A stretch of DNA of 64,000 nucleotides from Eledone cirrhosa (Eukaryota). The notes under the pieces are model-generated. The model did no database searches and was not told the DNA's origin. It saw nothing but the letters and a program-made list of their open reading frames with translations. This document shows positions 1 through 13,244 of this stretch, piece by piece; positions within the stretch are counted from its first letter, which is position 1, and every line of letters starts with the position of its first letter. Both the position numbers and the translations under genes were made by a program. Where the stretch lies: contig OZ024741.1 of the NCBI GenBank assembly GCA_964016885.1, forward strand, positions 357,926,001 to 357,990,000. The letters are read 5' to 3'.

Positions 1-340
1 TTGATCAAGCAAAAAGTGGATTTTTGCATGATGAAACTGTTACTATCGCCCCCCCCCCCTTTTGTAGCTCTGTGATACCTATTTAAATAGAAACCCTTTA
101 AAATGAGTAGCTTTGTTTAAAAAAAACAGCACGTTTTGAGTGGGTTGGTGGGTGGGTTGGTATCAAGAAGGTTAATATACTGAACCTCAGAAGTACTCTT
201 AATATTATGGGTCTTCAGCCTGAGGTAAATTTGTTAATTCTTGATTTGTAAATACTTTTTACTATTATAATTAAAAACTGTTTTCTTCAGTTGTGAAGAA
301 AATTTAAAATAGACCTGTTTTTTTTACTAAAATATGTTTT

Positions 341-862
341 GTATACGTAGCTGATCTCTTGAACAAAGTGCTGAGAAGATAAAGTTAATAAAAATAATGA
401 TGTGCTCATGCTCTGAGATGCTATAAAATAGCTTATAAAATAGGGTGAAGACCCTTTAAAGATGGGAAAAGGAAGTTGCCATCGGCCACTATGAATAATT
501 GAATCCCATATCTGCCAGATACCGGCTAAGTGCTTTAGACCATACCATCTTAATTTAGATAGCTGAATCACAGTTTTCAGATATCAACAAAATCCTAGTA
601 AACAAAGATTGTGTATACATAACTGATCTCCTTTTCACAAAGTACTGAGAAGCTATAAAATAGCTTATGAAATAATGTGAAGACTCTTTAAAGAAGGGAA
701 AAGTTGCCATTAGCCCCTATGAACCCCATATTTCCCAGATACTGGTTATCTGGGAGGTATAAGGTTCGATTCCTCATAGCAGCAGATGACAACTTTTTCT
801 ATCTTTAAAGGGTCCTCACCCTATTTTATAAGCTATTTTATAGCATCTCTGTGCATGAGCAT
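341..862. mobile_element. Cluster of three partial copies of a tRNA-headed SINE-like repeat (two minus, one plus, head-to-head)
   Basis: ~341-545 and ~613-748 are direct copies; ~747-862 is the reverse complement and carries a B-box (GGTTCGATTCC). The same head occurs on the minus strand at ~12343-12390 (TAGCTTAATGGTTAAAGCGTCTAGCCGGTATCTGGGAG). Confidence 0.65.
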
Positions 863-1521
863 TCCATTCTATGTTCATTAATTTGTTTTCTTTGTACTAT
901 TTTGGACTTAACAATCTGTATTATATACTTCTTAATTACTGTGTTGCCAATATAATAGTCAATTTCAGAGAAGAATAGTTCTTTCAGGAAATGAAAGACA
1001 AAGTAGAAAGAAAACATCAACATGGCTGAACACTTGTCACTCATTGCCTCTATTCACCTGTATTTTAAAATTTTGCCCTTTGCCAAATGCTGCATTATGG
1101 TAAAGTTATTTTAAAATTTGTAAGCTTAACCATTTTGTTTTCTATAATGACCAAATAAAAAGATTTCCTATATATGGACTCGTAACTCCTAGTGGAATCA
1201 GAGGGGTGCCGAAGTGACAAATGCATTTATTGGACATTTTAAAGCTGGCAGGGCACATCCCCTCTCCAGGTCTGATCACAGCCAATTTCTTCCAGAGAAG
1301 GAGAGAGCGAATGACAGCGAGGAAGAGATATAGAGGAGGAATTCTCCCCAGTACTAGACTGGTACTCTTTTTTATCAACTTTGAAATTATGAAAGGCAAA
1401 GCTGATCTCAGTGGGATTTGAACTCACAACACAGAGAGCTGGAATATACACTGCAAAGCACTCTATCCAATGCTCTAATGATTCTACAAATTTGCCACCT
1501 ATATATATAAATATAAGTATA

Positions 1522-1792
1522 CAGAGGAACCTTGGTTTATGAACTTAATTTGTTCCTGAAGGCCGTTTGTCACCTGAAATGCTCGTAAACCGAAACTATT
1601 TTCCCATACAAAATGTTGAGTGAGAAATAGTGAGAGAGAGACTGAGTATGAAAGACAGATAGATATCACCATAGAAACTAACTACACAGCAAGTGATGTT
1701 TTCCTGCCATTACTCCCAGCTTGTCATCAACCGTTGTTGCCAGCTTGCATATTCGTTACTCAAGATACCATTCGTGAACCGAGGTTGCACTG
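1522..1792. mobile_element. Tc1/mariner (pogo/Tigger-like) MITE
   Basis: TIRs CAGAGGAACCTTGGTTTATGAAC / TTCGTGAACCGAGGTTGCACTG, flanked by TA on both sides. Confidence 0.8.
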
Positions 1793-1796
1793 TATA

Positions 1797-1992
1797 TGAA
1801 AATTGAATTAGAAGATTCTGCCATAGCTTTGACTAAATAAAATAGTCTGATAATTATGGGGTGTATAAACCTACTGAATGGAAAAAGTTGGGTACTGATG
1901 CCCATCTTTTCCTGTTAAGTGAATTTATACTCCCCATTATTATTAGACAATTTTATTAGTCAGTTACAGCCAATACTTCTAATTTAATTTTC
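1797..1992. repeat. Imperfect long inverted repeat (~75-bp arms), foldback/MITE-like
   Basis: Left arm aaaattgaattagaag...ggggtgtataaacctact aligns with the reverse complement of agtgaatttatactcccc...cttctaatttaatttt. Confidence 0.7.
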
Positions 1993-3006
1993 AAATTCCA
2001 CTTGCCGTTTTCTTTGTGTGTGTGTTTAAGAGAGAGAGAGAGAGAAAGAGAGAAAGAGAGTCATAAAATAATAAAAAATAGTTAGAGTTGGGCTTTAGAG
2101 AACCAACAATAGAAATATTAAAAACATGATAAACAACTTATGGGCAGTTTACATCCAAGTTGAACAAATTTCAGTTTTAATTTTAATTCTAGTTCGCAAG
2201 AATATAATCCCATGATTGAATGTTAAATTACTTTAACTTGACCTTGATGTTAAATTGCACATTTGATTTTCAAAATCTGCTTTGTCATCTAGTTGAATTC
2301 AATTGACACAGCAATAAAATAGGAAAGAAAAAGTTTGTCAGCAAAACTTGTTGCTACAAGTTTACTAAAAAGCTTTTCTTCTAAATAGTACACATGTATA
2401 ACATCCTCAAATCTCAAAATTAATCTATGCTTGTGGTGTATTGTAATATAATTGCATTCATTCATTATGTAAGTCATTGTGTAATCATTCTTAACATTTT
2501 ATGTATGTTTTTCCATGTTGGCATGGGTTGGATGGGTCAGTACAGACAAAGTCAGTATTTTATTTGAGCTACTGTATTCCTAGATAGGTTGGGTGACCAT
2601 ATCTTATTGTAATACATTCCATTTTGGTACAATTTCAATAGCTGGATATCCTTCCTAATGCCAGCCACTTTGCAGAGAGGGTAGTGTACATTTGTCCTTT
2701 GTCTTCTCAACTCAAATTTGGCATGGTTTCTACAGCTGGATGCCCTTTACACCAAGCACTTTACTGTGTGTTTATATGTATCTAAAGCCTTCCATCATAA
2801 TTTTATATAGGAATCTTTGTTAAGCTATGTTCCAAGCACCAGCTTAATAATGGATACATGAGGCTTCAGCTGCCAAGAGAGGGGTAAGAGAAAGAAAACA
2901 ATAACAGAAGGATTACATGGATGCCTATGATTTTCAAATAATTTTTTTAATAATCAAGAATTTGAAGGTATTTATTAAATAATATAATTAACTTTCCCAT
3001 TATTAA

Positions 3007-3121
3007 CCTTTTAGCATTTACATTACTCTATACTTACTATGAGATTTTGATATTTATTTTGAGAACAATACCTTAACGTCGATATGAGTGGCTGGTTATG
3101 GCCAGTTTAAATGCTAAAGGG
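3007..3121. mobile_element. piggyBac-type MITE (family A, internally deleted copy)
   Basis: TTAA|CCTTTTAGCATTTA ... TAAATGCTAAAGGG|TTAA termini. Confidence 0.75.
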
Positions 3122-5148
3122 TTAAGCTGGTGTTTAACACAGGTTTTTACATAAAATTATGATGGGGGGGGGGGGGGGAATAATTTTGGATGCCATTGAT
3201 AAATGGTATTAACATCATACAATCTGTTCTCTATAAACCTGGTCTTGTGCGCTCATATAAATCATCTCCCTGAGTCAACAAAAGCTTTGAATTCCTATAA
3301 TCAGTTAAGGGCATCAAATCACATAACAGGGTGATTGTATACATGCACACACACAAAATCAGACATATAAACATACAGAAGTACAGGCACGTAGACACCA
3401 CTAAATTTGATAATTTTCGTGCCAATCTATTTTAACGATAGAGCAAACAGTTTACAGAGACAAATCTACAGTGTGAAAGAAGAAAACAAAAAGAAAGATA
3501 GAAAACTGAGAGGGAGAAACAACATTCCCTCAACCCTAATGGCACCCATGTAATTCTGTTATTTCTTTCTCTCTCTCACTCAGGCAGGCAACTGAAACCT
3601 CATGTAATCAATCTGTCATTTAAGCAGCAGAAATTATCTACTACATGAGTCGAGAGGGGTGAAACCTGTGACTCCAAAGCTGCTTGCAGCTCTTAGGGGC
3701 TCTGAAATTATTATTATTATTACTATTATTATTTATATTTTATTAAATCTGCAATCTTGCAGCAAAATAAAAACAAAACTTATGACTCAGCCATTGAAGT
3801 AATTTCAGTTGAGATTCCAAGTCAAAAATCTGCATTGAGTAAGAAAAAGGTTAACTAAATTCATGTACGTATTTGTTTATAAATAAATTATGCAACTCAA
3901 ATATTCTCAATTATTATTATTAGTAGTATTATTTAGCTAAAAATGGTTCTTCAGACTGAAAATGTTCCCGCCACCCTGATGTTACTTGGGTTGTATCAGA
4001 ACATGTTTTGAATTGCAAACCATAATGACTTTTTAAAAAATCTTACAACCACTGTCACCACCACAACCACTACCACTAACACTGCCATCAACAACAAAAA
4101 CAACAACTTCCTCTCCCCCAGTCTGATACATTCTGTGAACACAATGTAATTAACACTGTAGACAAAACACAAAGGTCCCCAATTTAGATAGAATTTCTGT
4201 TTCGAGAAATAACATGAATTTGTTACTTAATAGCTGCCATATTTATTTGCTTTGTTTCTTGTCTTTACAAATAAACCAAACAATCAAATAAAAATCATAT
4301 ACATTGTCATAAATTTAGGCAGATATCCTTTCTGTCGCCTCCCCGCAAACTTTTTCCCCTTTTATTTTATAGGAAGAATATTTTTGTAGTGGGTGGGGGT
4401 GGGGTCACTACAGATATCTTAGTAGATTTAAAACATAAGTTTATATAAAAAATAAAACTAGACAAAATAGTTTTACAAGAAAAAACTTTCTAAACCCTTT
4501 ACCATACAAACTAAACAATTATTTCACTTAATTCAATTCAAGAGGATAATTATTTTAATATTTATTTTATATTTTGCAAGCAAATATACTATGTACCCCT
4601 TTTAATTCCAAAGTAAGCAAAACAAAAAATAAATAAATAAATAAGAGAAAGAAGGGGAGAGCAAAAGAGATAGGGGGAAAAAGAAAAGAGAGAAAAAGAA
4701 AAAAAAGAAAATAGAGTAAAAGGAGAATAAAAAATATCCAGTCTGCCTTTAGCATTCATGTCAAGACCCTCTTATCTGATCTCCAGCTGAATACCTCTGC
4801 ATATTACTTCCTCCTGCCAAGTGTCAAAAGAACTGCCATAAACTTCTGTTTCAAAGCCCACTGCTCAAAATCTGTCATAGATAAGGCTGGCAGCCAATTG
4901 AATGGTAGTCACATTAGCAACTTACCATTAATAGGCAGCCAGCCACAATGCTCTCTCTCTCAGGGGGAGGGAGTAAACTTTTCATCAACAAAACAATATT
5001 GTTTTATAGTGTATGTTGTGTGTTTGTATGTATTCCTGTGTGTGGTGTATGTGTGTGCACATATGTGTTCTTAAAGGTTTTTAAAACTTAACACAATAAT
5101 AATAGTTTTTAATTGTATGTTGGTCTTAAATTACTCTAGATAGGGGAA

Positions 5149-5203
<55 letters not shown>

Positions 5204-5297
5204 GTATATCAAGTTTAATCAATAAAGAAATTATATGTGTGTATGTGTGTCAAGTTTAATCTATCTATAATATATATATATATATATATTTTTTTTA

Positions 5298-5511
5298 GGA
5301 ACGATCGACTTTCGTCAAATCGGACCGAGGAAACAATGTTTCCGTTGGTCTTTCCAATTGCTAATACTATCTATCGGTCGCAACTCCAGGTAGAAGGAGC
5401 GACGTGAAATAAAGTGTCTTGCTCAAGGACATAACACATCGCCTGGTCCAGGAATCGAACTCACAACCTTTCGATTGCGAATCCAATTCTCTAACCGCTC
5501 AGCCACACGCC
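5298..5511 (-). mobile_element. tRNA-derived SINE, young CpG-intact copy between (TA)n tracts
   Basis: Head GGCGTGTGGCTGAGCGGTTAGAG (A-box) ... GAGTTCGATTCC (B-box). Near-identical copy at 15797-16010 (+). Confidence 0.85.
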
Positions 5512-6354
5512 TATATATATATAGCATAGAAAAAACTTACATTAGATGCTTGATATATCACAAACTGATTTTACTATTTATAAAGAGGATTTAACAATAA
5601 ACGGATATTTCTTTTCACTCCACCAGCAAGAGAATGAGTTAGATTTATCGTTTTACATCTGTTTTTCCATGCTTGTACAAGTTGGACAAAGTTTGAACTT
5701 TATTCTGGTTTCACGAGGCACTGAGAATACAAGAATAACTTGCTGGAAAGGACAGGATGCTATTGATATTCATTTTCAGCTAGGTTAGCTGGAGCAGTGT
5801 GAAATGAATGCATTGCTCAAAGACACGATGTGTCTCCCAGTCTGGAAACCAAACCCACAACCTTGTGATCATGAGTTTAACATCCTAATCTTAAAGCTCT
5901 AAAAGACCAAATGATGGTTTTTACATTGAATTAAAGGCCAGCAATTACCCAGTGTATTACTGGTACTTTATTTTATCGACCTCGTAAGGATGAAAGGCAA
6001 AGTTAACTAAGTTATTGATAGATAAGCAACATATTTTATTAAAAACACAATAAAATAGTACACCTATTTGTGGTATTTGTTCTGGCTTTCTGTGCTCTGA
6101 GTTCAGATCCCACCAACGTCAAAATTACATTACATTCCTTCAAGGTTAATAAATAAATGTTGGTGAATTAACTGAATTGTTTGAGGGCCAAGAGATGTTT
6201 TGCAGTATCTGTTCCAATAGTTGGATTTCTTAATTGCCAAATATATTGGATGACAACTGATTATGAAAGCTACAATGGGTGGAGGAAGCTTGTGGCCATC
6301 TGGTACTGTATTTAAGCAATAATGATTATTTAGGTATGTATTGATAGCGACAAC

Positions 6355-6720
6355 AAAAAGCACCCAGCCCACACTGAGAAGTGGTCGTGTAGTTGTCACA
6401 GCAAAGCACATTCCCCACTGTAAAGCGGTCGTGTACAGCAAAAGCACCCAGCCCACACTGTAAAGTGGTCATGTACGTGACACAGCAAAAAGCACCCAGT
6501 CCACACTGTAAAGTGGTTGTGTAGGCATCACAACAAAAAGCACCCAGTACTCACTGTAAATGAGGTTGGTGCTAGGAAGGGTATCAAGCTGTAGAAACCA
6601 AGCCAAAATCGGTTTTGTGTGAGCATGATATGGTCACCTGACCTAGCATTGTTCACAACAGGATAACTCATCTAACCCATGCCAGCGTGGAAAAATGGAC
6701 ATTAAATGGTGATGATGATG
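6355..6720 (+). repeat. RTE/SINE-type 3' tail with ~45-bp tandem module (about 5 units) ending in (GAT)n
   Basis: Repeated AAAAGCACCCAGCCCACACTGTAAAGTGGTCGTGTAG units, then GGAAGGGTATC..GCTGTAGAAA ... GGACATTAAATGGTGATGATGATG. Confidence 0.8.
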
Positions 6721-7364
6721 TAGCCATGTGTATGTTTGCTGTGTATATCGCAGTTCTTAGAATAGGTACAATGTATCCCTGTGTGTTTTGTAGTCACCAC
6801 AAAAGGTTTTCAACAGGAAGGGCATTCCAGCTGCAAAACATTGCCTCATTCCAACGAATGCCAATATGGAAAATGGATTTTAAAACGCCAACGATAATGA
6901 TTATTATAATAATTATGAACGGAGCAATTAAATATTAATAATCAAGCTCATATAATTACTTTTTGGTAAAAAACATTTTTTATTAACCTAAATCATTTAT
7001 CCCAAGTATTAACATCAATACAAACTTTGCTTTTCATCCTTACGGGGTCGATAAAATAAAGTACCAGTAATGCACTGGCTATTTGCTGGCCTTGTGCCTA
7101 AAGTAGAAACAATTATCATCAATACAAACTAAAAAAAATGTTTCCAAAACAGTTAAGAGGTCATCAATGTGGGGCAGGAGGAGATGGCTGTCACTACTAC
7201 TTTAACAACTACTGACTTTAAACTTATGGTACAATTGTTTCATTAAACCTAGTTTGATAAATGTGTCTGAACATGGAAGAACCAAACTCCCACTGTCATC
7301 GCCTCCATCTCTCTCACCCTCCCTATCTCTCTGTATTATGAACAAAAGGGGTCCATGTGCTGGC

Positions 7365-7590
7365 CGCCCCAGCCCCAGCGGACAGAATGGAGAAGGCGTC
7401 TCTCCCAGAGGATGGTAAGAGAGATGCGCTGGAAGAGCCATTCCATCTCACGAGGCTCACATCTGCGGCTGACCAGCTTAGCACATGTGGTAGTAAGTAG
7501 GGAGGTAGCCCTAGGGCCAAGAGGTCTGAAAACAGTGGCTAGAATGAGATACACCAGAAAGAAGTTCCAGGAGCTGAGATGTTACTAATG
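7365..7590 (-). pseudogene. Degenerate C-terminus of a CRE-like (restriction-like endonuclease) non-LTR retrotransposon
   Basis: Two frames join to PLGPRATSLL...KLVSRRCEPREMEWLFQRISLTIL-x-AFSILSAG, resembling the GPxA...PRE..L.QR.S.A..RGNA C-terminal signature of CRE-clade elements. Confidence 0.6.
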
Positions 7591-10500
7591 AAGTAGGGAG
7601 TGTCACTGAAACTGAAGGAAAAGGTGTATGCTAGCTAGTGTATGAGAATTGCCAAGATTTATGGGGGCAAGCTGGATATAGAACTTGGTTTGGGGGGGAA
7701 GCCTCATACACAAAAAATGAAAATACACAACAAACACCTAGGTTTACATTCCAAAGTCAACCTGGCACATGTAATTGGAATTGTCAAGTTATACATACAA
7801 ATGTTAAATGAACAAATCTGACCACCTTCATTTTAAGTGCACTTTCCACACTTAAAAACACACTCACATATATATACATTTATAAATACACCCATACACA
7901 CCATATTCTTGCATAAAACTGGACGATCACATCACCTTGCCTTCTACAACAACCATCTCATGTTGCTAAATAAATTTTGATGAAGTATCTGGTAACGATT
8001 TGATGTCTCTAAAGAAGAGAAATTTCGATGAATTGACCACAGGAGTACTTTTTGTTAAAAGTATTGTTCTGGTGAGTTTAAAATAAAAAAGTCCATTGGG
8101 GGCATGCCTTTTGCAGACCCAGGCATCTATCTTACTTGGCACCACCCCCAGCTGATGAAGGGCCTGAGGCAAATGCCCCGTCCACCCCACTATAAATCTG
8201 ACCCTGCATGGGTGATGAATGTGGTGCAGGAGAGAAGGCTTGGAGGAACAAAAATCAGCATAGTTGGTGGATAAGAAAAGTGTTGTCCAGAGAGAAGAAA
8301 ACAACAATGAAATGCAGAAGTTGATAGAAGGAAATAGAGCCAGTGATGAATGTTGTGAAGTGAAATGGCAGGAAGGATGAAAGGCAAAGTTCACCTCAAC
8401 GAAATTTGAATTCAGAATGCAGAGAGCCCAAACAAACACTGCAAAGCATTCTATCTGACATTCTAACAGATCTGCCAATTTGCTGCCTACTTTGATTAAT
8501 GTTAATGTCTGTCCCAAGCCCGGAGGTTCATTGGTTGGTGCTTTTATTGGTTTCACTGGCAGTAAGTAACTAAGAGTACAAAATTCCTCCTGGACAGAAT
8601 GCTAGTCTATTGCAGGGTTAACCTGCAACTATTGCTAGTAGTCATTTTCACCTGAGTTGACTGGAGCAATATGAAATAAAATGCTTTGTTCAAAAACAAA
8701 AATAAACAAAAAAACTGCCACCTTAAAAGGACAGATTTGAACTCAGAACATAATTGGAAGAGATACCGAAAAGCATCCCATCCAATGCTTTAACAATTCT
8801 TTCAATCCACTGCCCCAACTGAAAAGCAAAGTTGGCCATGACAGGATTTGAAGTCAGAGTCCAGAGAGCTTGTATTTAATCCAACATTTTAACGAAAGAC
8901 AATTTGAGGACTACAATTGGGGTAGCTCCAATTTCACTAAAGGTAACAGAATACAAGTAAAGGATACTCTTAATTTAATTTAATTTTAGATGTCAATTCT
9001 TTCAAAACAAAAATAGCTTTCACCTTGAAAAGTTATAGCAGCCTAACTCTAAAGAGGTTTTAATTGCTTTTAAAACTTGAATAAAGATTCAATACAATGT
9101 ATTGAATCAACAAAGTCTTATATAGTTGCAGAATAAGTCATCCACATGAACTACATAAAACCATATATGAAAATATAGTCGTGTTATCATTTGAAACTAT
9201 TACTGTTTACAGCAAAAAGAATTCATGTATAACTGATAAAGATTTGTAGAGCATCATGACCTCAAGATAAATGATTGAGCAATTTAGTGAGACTAGCTGT
9301 TACACAGTGTGCTAAAAACACCAAGCTGATAATCACCATATTATGCACTCTGCTGTGACTATTTACTATAAAGGTTTCAATCTAACAATATTCTCATTAC
9401 ATTTTTGGCTCACTTTACTTTTTACTGGTTTGTGTTAACCAGCAGTCATGCTGGGCAACAACTTTCAGGAGTTCGTTGATTATATCAACCCTAGTACTTA
9501 TGTTTTTAAAATCTTAAAGTATTTATTTTATAAATATCTTTCTGTCACAAACACTTACACATATGTATATACATTTGACAGGCTTCCACACAGTTTCCAT
9601 CTACTAAATTTCACTCACAACACTTCAACTGAGGGTTATAGTGAAAGACACTTGCCTAAGATGCCATACGGACTAAACCAGAATCCATGTTGCTGTGAAG
9701 TTAATTCCTTAACCATACAGTCATGCCTGCTCTTAGATCATTAAAACAATATATTTCTTACCATTCTTGTTACAATTAAACACCAAAACATTATTCTACT
9801 CAAGAATATCCTTTTGTTTTTCTAACAATTTGCATTATTTCTGAGGGCAGTAGAGTGGCAGAGTCATTAGAGTGTCAGACAAATGCTTAGCAGTATTTGT
9901 TTTAGCTCTTTATGCTCTAAGTTCAAATCCCGTTGGGATCAACTTTTCTTTAAATCCTTCAGGGGTCAATAAATAAAGTACCAGTTAAGTACTGGGGTCA
10001 AAATCAACCTCTCCCGTCCCTAAAATGCTAGCCTTGCAATGTGTAGTGATAATGGATTCACCATCAGTTTCATGTACAATTAATGAATTAGCATGTCAGT
10101 GGATGAGTATTCCAGAGACACATGAACCCATAACATGATTCCCAAGCTGAATCAGCATGACACAGTAACAAGATTGGACCTTTAAATTACAAGTAAAATA
10201 CACCTGATTGACTTCTACAGTTTCTGTCACACCAATTTTACTCACATGGTTTAGGTCAACCTGATGCTCCTGGTAAAGACATGTCCAAGATTCCAAGCAG
10301 TGGAATTGAATATGATTGCAGAGCAAAATTCTTTGCAACAAGTTTTTGTTTTTTTTACATCCAATTACAAAAGATCAAGTGAATACAGAAAAGATTGTCT
10401 AATACTTTGCCAGTTAATAAATTCAGTGCAATAATGCCTATGGTGAACATTTAGCTCAACTCAATTTAGCTTTCATCTCTTTGGGACCCATCACAGGGTC

Positions 10501-11161
10501 CTTTTTAAGGCAATATTTTATGGCCAGATGCCCTTTCCGGCACCAACCTTTTGTCCCCTCTTACAACACACAGTAATACAATGTACCTATTCTAAACCAG
10601 ATATACTAAAAGAAATGGAATGAGATGGCTGGATACCCTGTTGAGCAAGAATGAAAGTGATTGGGCAAGAAGGCTAGAGGAATGAGAAGACTGGGTCATG
10701 TCTTGAGGAAGGATGAAAGTAATTGGGTGAGGAGTGACGGAAATGAATGTGGAAAGAAGCAGAGGAAGGGGCAGACCAAGACAGACCTAGCAAAAGATGA
10801 TAAAGAAAGAAAGGAAAGTCATGAGGGACACAGAGGATACAACCAAATGGAGAAGCCTACTATGGAGCTAGTAAGGCTAACTGACTTTAACAAGGAAAAT
10901 GACATTATAACACGTTCTCTCTTTGTGACCCAAAATACAAAATACCAACAAAGTAAAAAAATAGTTCAGCTTGTGCCTTATGAACTTCAATTTAAGTCCT
11001 GGCAGAGAAATCTCAAGAAACTGACTTGGTTATTAATTAAAAATAATGCCAACCTGATAAGCACCATACAAAGTTGTGGGATAAGCTCCAGCTCTATATA
11101 TTTATAAATTATTGTCAAAGGAAAGAGCCAATCCTCAGATAGGAATAAAGAAACTGTTTGC

Positions 11162-11513
11162 ATGGAGGCACATGGCTTAGTGATTAGAGCATTGGCCTTG
11201 CAATCGAAAGGTTGTGAGTTCAATTCTCAGACCGGGTGATGTGTTGTTTCCTTGAGCAAGACACTTTATTTCACATTGCTCCAGTTTACTCAGCTGTAGA
11301 AATGAGACGATAGGGACTGGGGTCAATATCATTCCACTGCAAAGTGGTCGTGGAGGTGCCACGGCAAAAAAGCACCCAGCACTCACTGTAAATGAGGTTG
11401 GTGTTAGGAAGGGCATCTAGCTGTAGAAATCAAGCCAGAATCAGTTCCTGTCCCACCCTTGCAAGCAGGGAAAAAAAAGCGGACATAAAATGAAATGATG
11501 ATGAAATGATGAT
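11162..11513 (+). mobile_element. Young tRNA-headed SINE with RTE-type 3' tail
   Basis: GGCACATGGCTTAGTGATTAGAGC A-box, GAGTTCAATTCT B-box, CTTGAGCAAGACACTTTATTTCAC core, tail shared with the RTE LINE, (ATG)n end. Near-identical copies at 13271-13607 (-) and 42084-42403 (+). Confidence 0.9.
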
Positions 11514-12429
11514 ACTATCTGTCTGTCCTAAAACCTGGCAGAAGTGTCACTCAGAATTGGAACAGATACCACAAAGTATACTATTCGATGCTTTAAAAAT
11601 ACTGCCAATGCACCATCTCTTGACTGGCACTTTTATCAAACCTGAAAGGATAAAAGCAATGTTGATCTCTGCAGGGTTTGAACTAAGAGCAGAGAGAGAG
11701 AGCTATAACAAATACTGCAACCAATTTTGATAAGTTTTCCTTTCATCCTTTCAAGGTTGATATGTAATGGGAGTAATTTCATGTGTATGCACACATTTAC
11801 GACCTAGACAAATATGAAAAAATAGTCAAAAGTAGGAATTTTTAAGAGCAATGATTATAGACTATGTATGTCACCTGTAATATCAAGTAAAGGGAAGATG
11901 GTATAGTTGAGTGTCTCGAAAATCACTAAACTACTGACTCTAGAAAGATAAAGCAAAGCCATGTCTAGTGAGATGTGAAGATAGAAACACAAGGCACAAA
12001 ACTAGATACCAGAAAAGTCTCAAACCTAACTACCATATACATAGAGTAAGTACCAACAGAAGAGGCAGACAAAATAAACTTAAATTAAACTCTGAGTGGA
12101 AAAAAAATGACCATTATAATTTCAAGTAATTATGTTTAACCATTTTGATACTAAACCACCTACCTCTGGTTTTATGATTACAAAGTTGTTTATTTTAAAT
12201 TGTTTATATCTATCTACCTTCCAACATAAATTTATGTTCCAAATGCAAACTTTATTTTACTAAATACTTCCAAATTCTTTACTCTATTACATGTTCCAGC
12301 CAACAGGCTGAGGCCATGCTGGGGCACCGCCATTAAAATTAAACCCCATATCTCCCAGATACCGGCTAGACGCTTTAACCATTAAGCTAAGGTGTCTTTT
12401 ATTAGAAATATGATAACAAAAGGGTTTAA

Positions 12430-12636
12430 CCCTTTAGCATTTAAATCAGCCAGAATTCTCTTACCGCTTTCTTTTCAAACCGTCTGTAACCAGCCACTCA
12501 TACATATGTTAAGGTATTGCTCTCAAAACAAATAACATCAAAATCTCATAGATTCGATATTATGTAAGATATAAGAGATAAAACATTTATTATAAAAATA
12601 CAATAGTATATATAGAATAATGTAAATGCTAAAGGG
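12430..12636. mobile_element. piggyBac-type MITE family A, adjoining family-B MITE sequence on both sides
   Basis: TTAA|CCCTTTAGCATTTA...TAAATGCTAAAGGG|TTAA. Further copies at 38345-38551 and 51845-52807. Family B termini (TTAACC.TTTTGATAC.. / ..ATAAAAGGGTTAA) recur near 170, 12136, 16147, 40540 and 59675. Confidence 0.85.
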
Positions 12637-13167
12637 TTAAGTGCTTAAATTAAGCTTAAAAGCTTCCATCATAATTTTATGTCTGAACCTTTCTTAAGTT
12701 ATGTTCTAAGCACCAACTTAATAATGAAAAGTTACTTATTTTAATAAATCACTCCAAATTTTTGAGGATTTTCAAAATTATTTGAAGTTGGTATGAATTT
12801 CCACAAAATTGTTTAAAAAGAACATTTTTTTTTCTTTTTGTATTGGTTTGTCATTGGGCAGCAGCTATGCTGAGGTTTTGTTGCCATTAAAAAAAAATCT
12901 AATCTATATATCTAAAACAGAGAATGTTTGTGTCTGTCCAATCACTAAAACTCGAGAACCACCCAACCGATTGTTTTCAAACTTTACACATGTAATACTT
13001 ATGGTCCTGTGAGTGTTTTGAGCAGAAAATATTTCAAATTTTCAATGCTCTACGCACCGCATTAAGCGATCTCTCTCTCTCTTTTTAGATAGATACATAG
13101 ATATAACGTTGCACCCTTATAATATGTCTGTATGCCTGGCTATCTGCATTACGACATTATGACGTAG

Positions 13168-13243
<76 letters not shown>

Positions 13244-13244
<1 letters not shown>

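Noticed and set aside
838-1057. Possible minus-strand coding exon (CAG acceptor near 1058, ORF MSDKCSAM...)
   Set aside because: No recognisable protein similarity and only a weak donor; cannot be supported from sequence alone.
6355-6590. Regularly spaced repeats resembling a CRISPR array
   Set aside because: The intervening sequence is itself repeated; this is a LINE/SINE tail minisatellite.
7966-8556. 196-aa ORF on the minus strand
   Set aside because: It crosses a SINE and other repeat fragments and has no recognisable domain.
11165-11240. tRNA-like sequence with A and B boxes (also near 5440-5511, 12343-12390, 15797 and 42089)
   Set aside because: No complete acceptor stem, and each runs into a SINE body; these are SINE heads, not tRNA genes.
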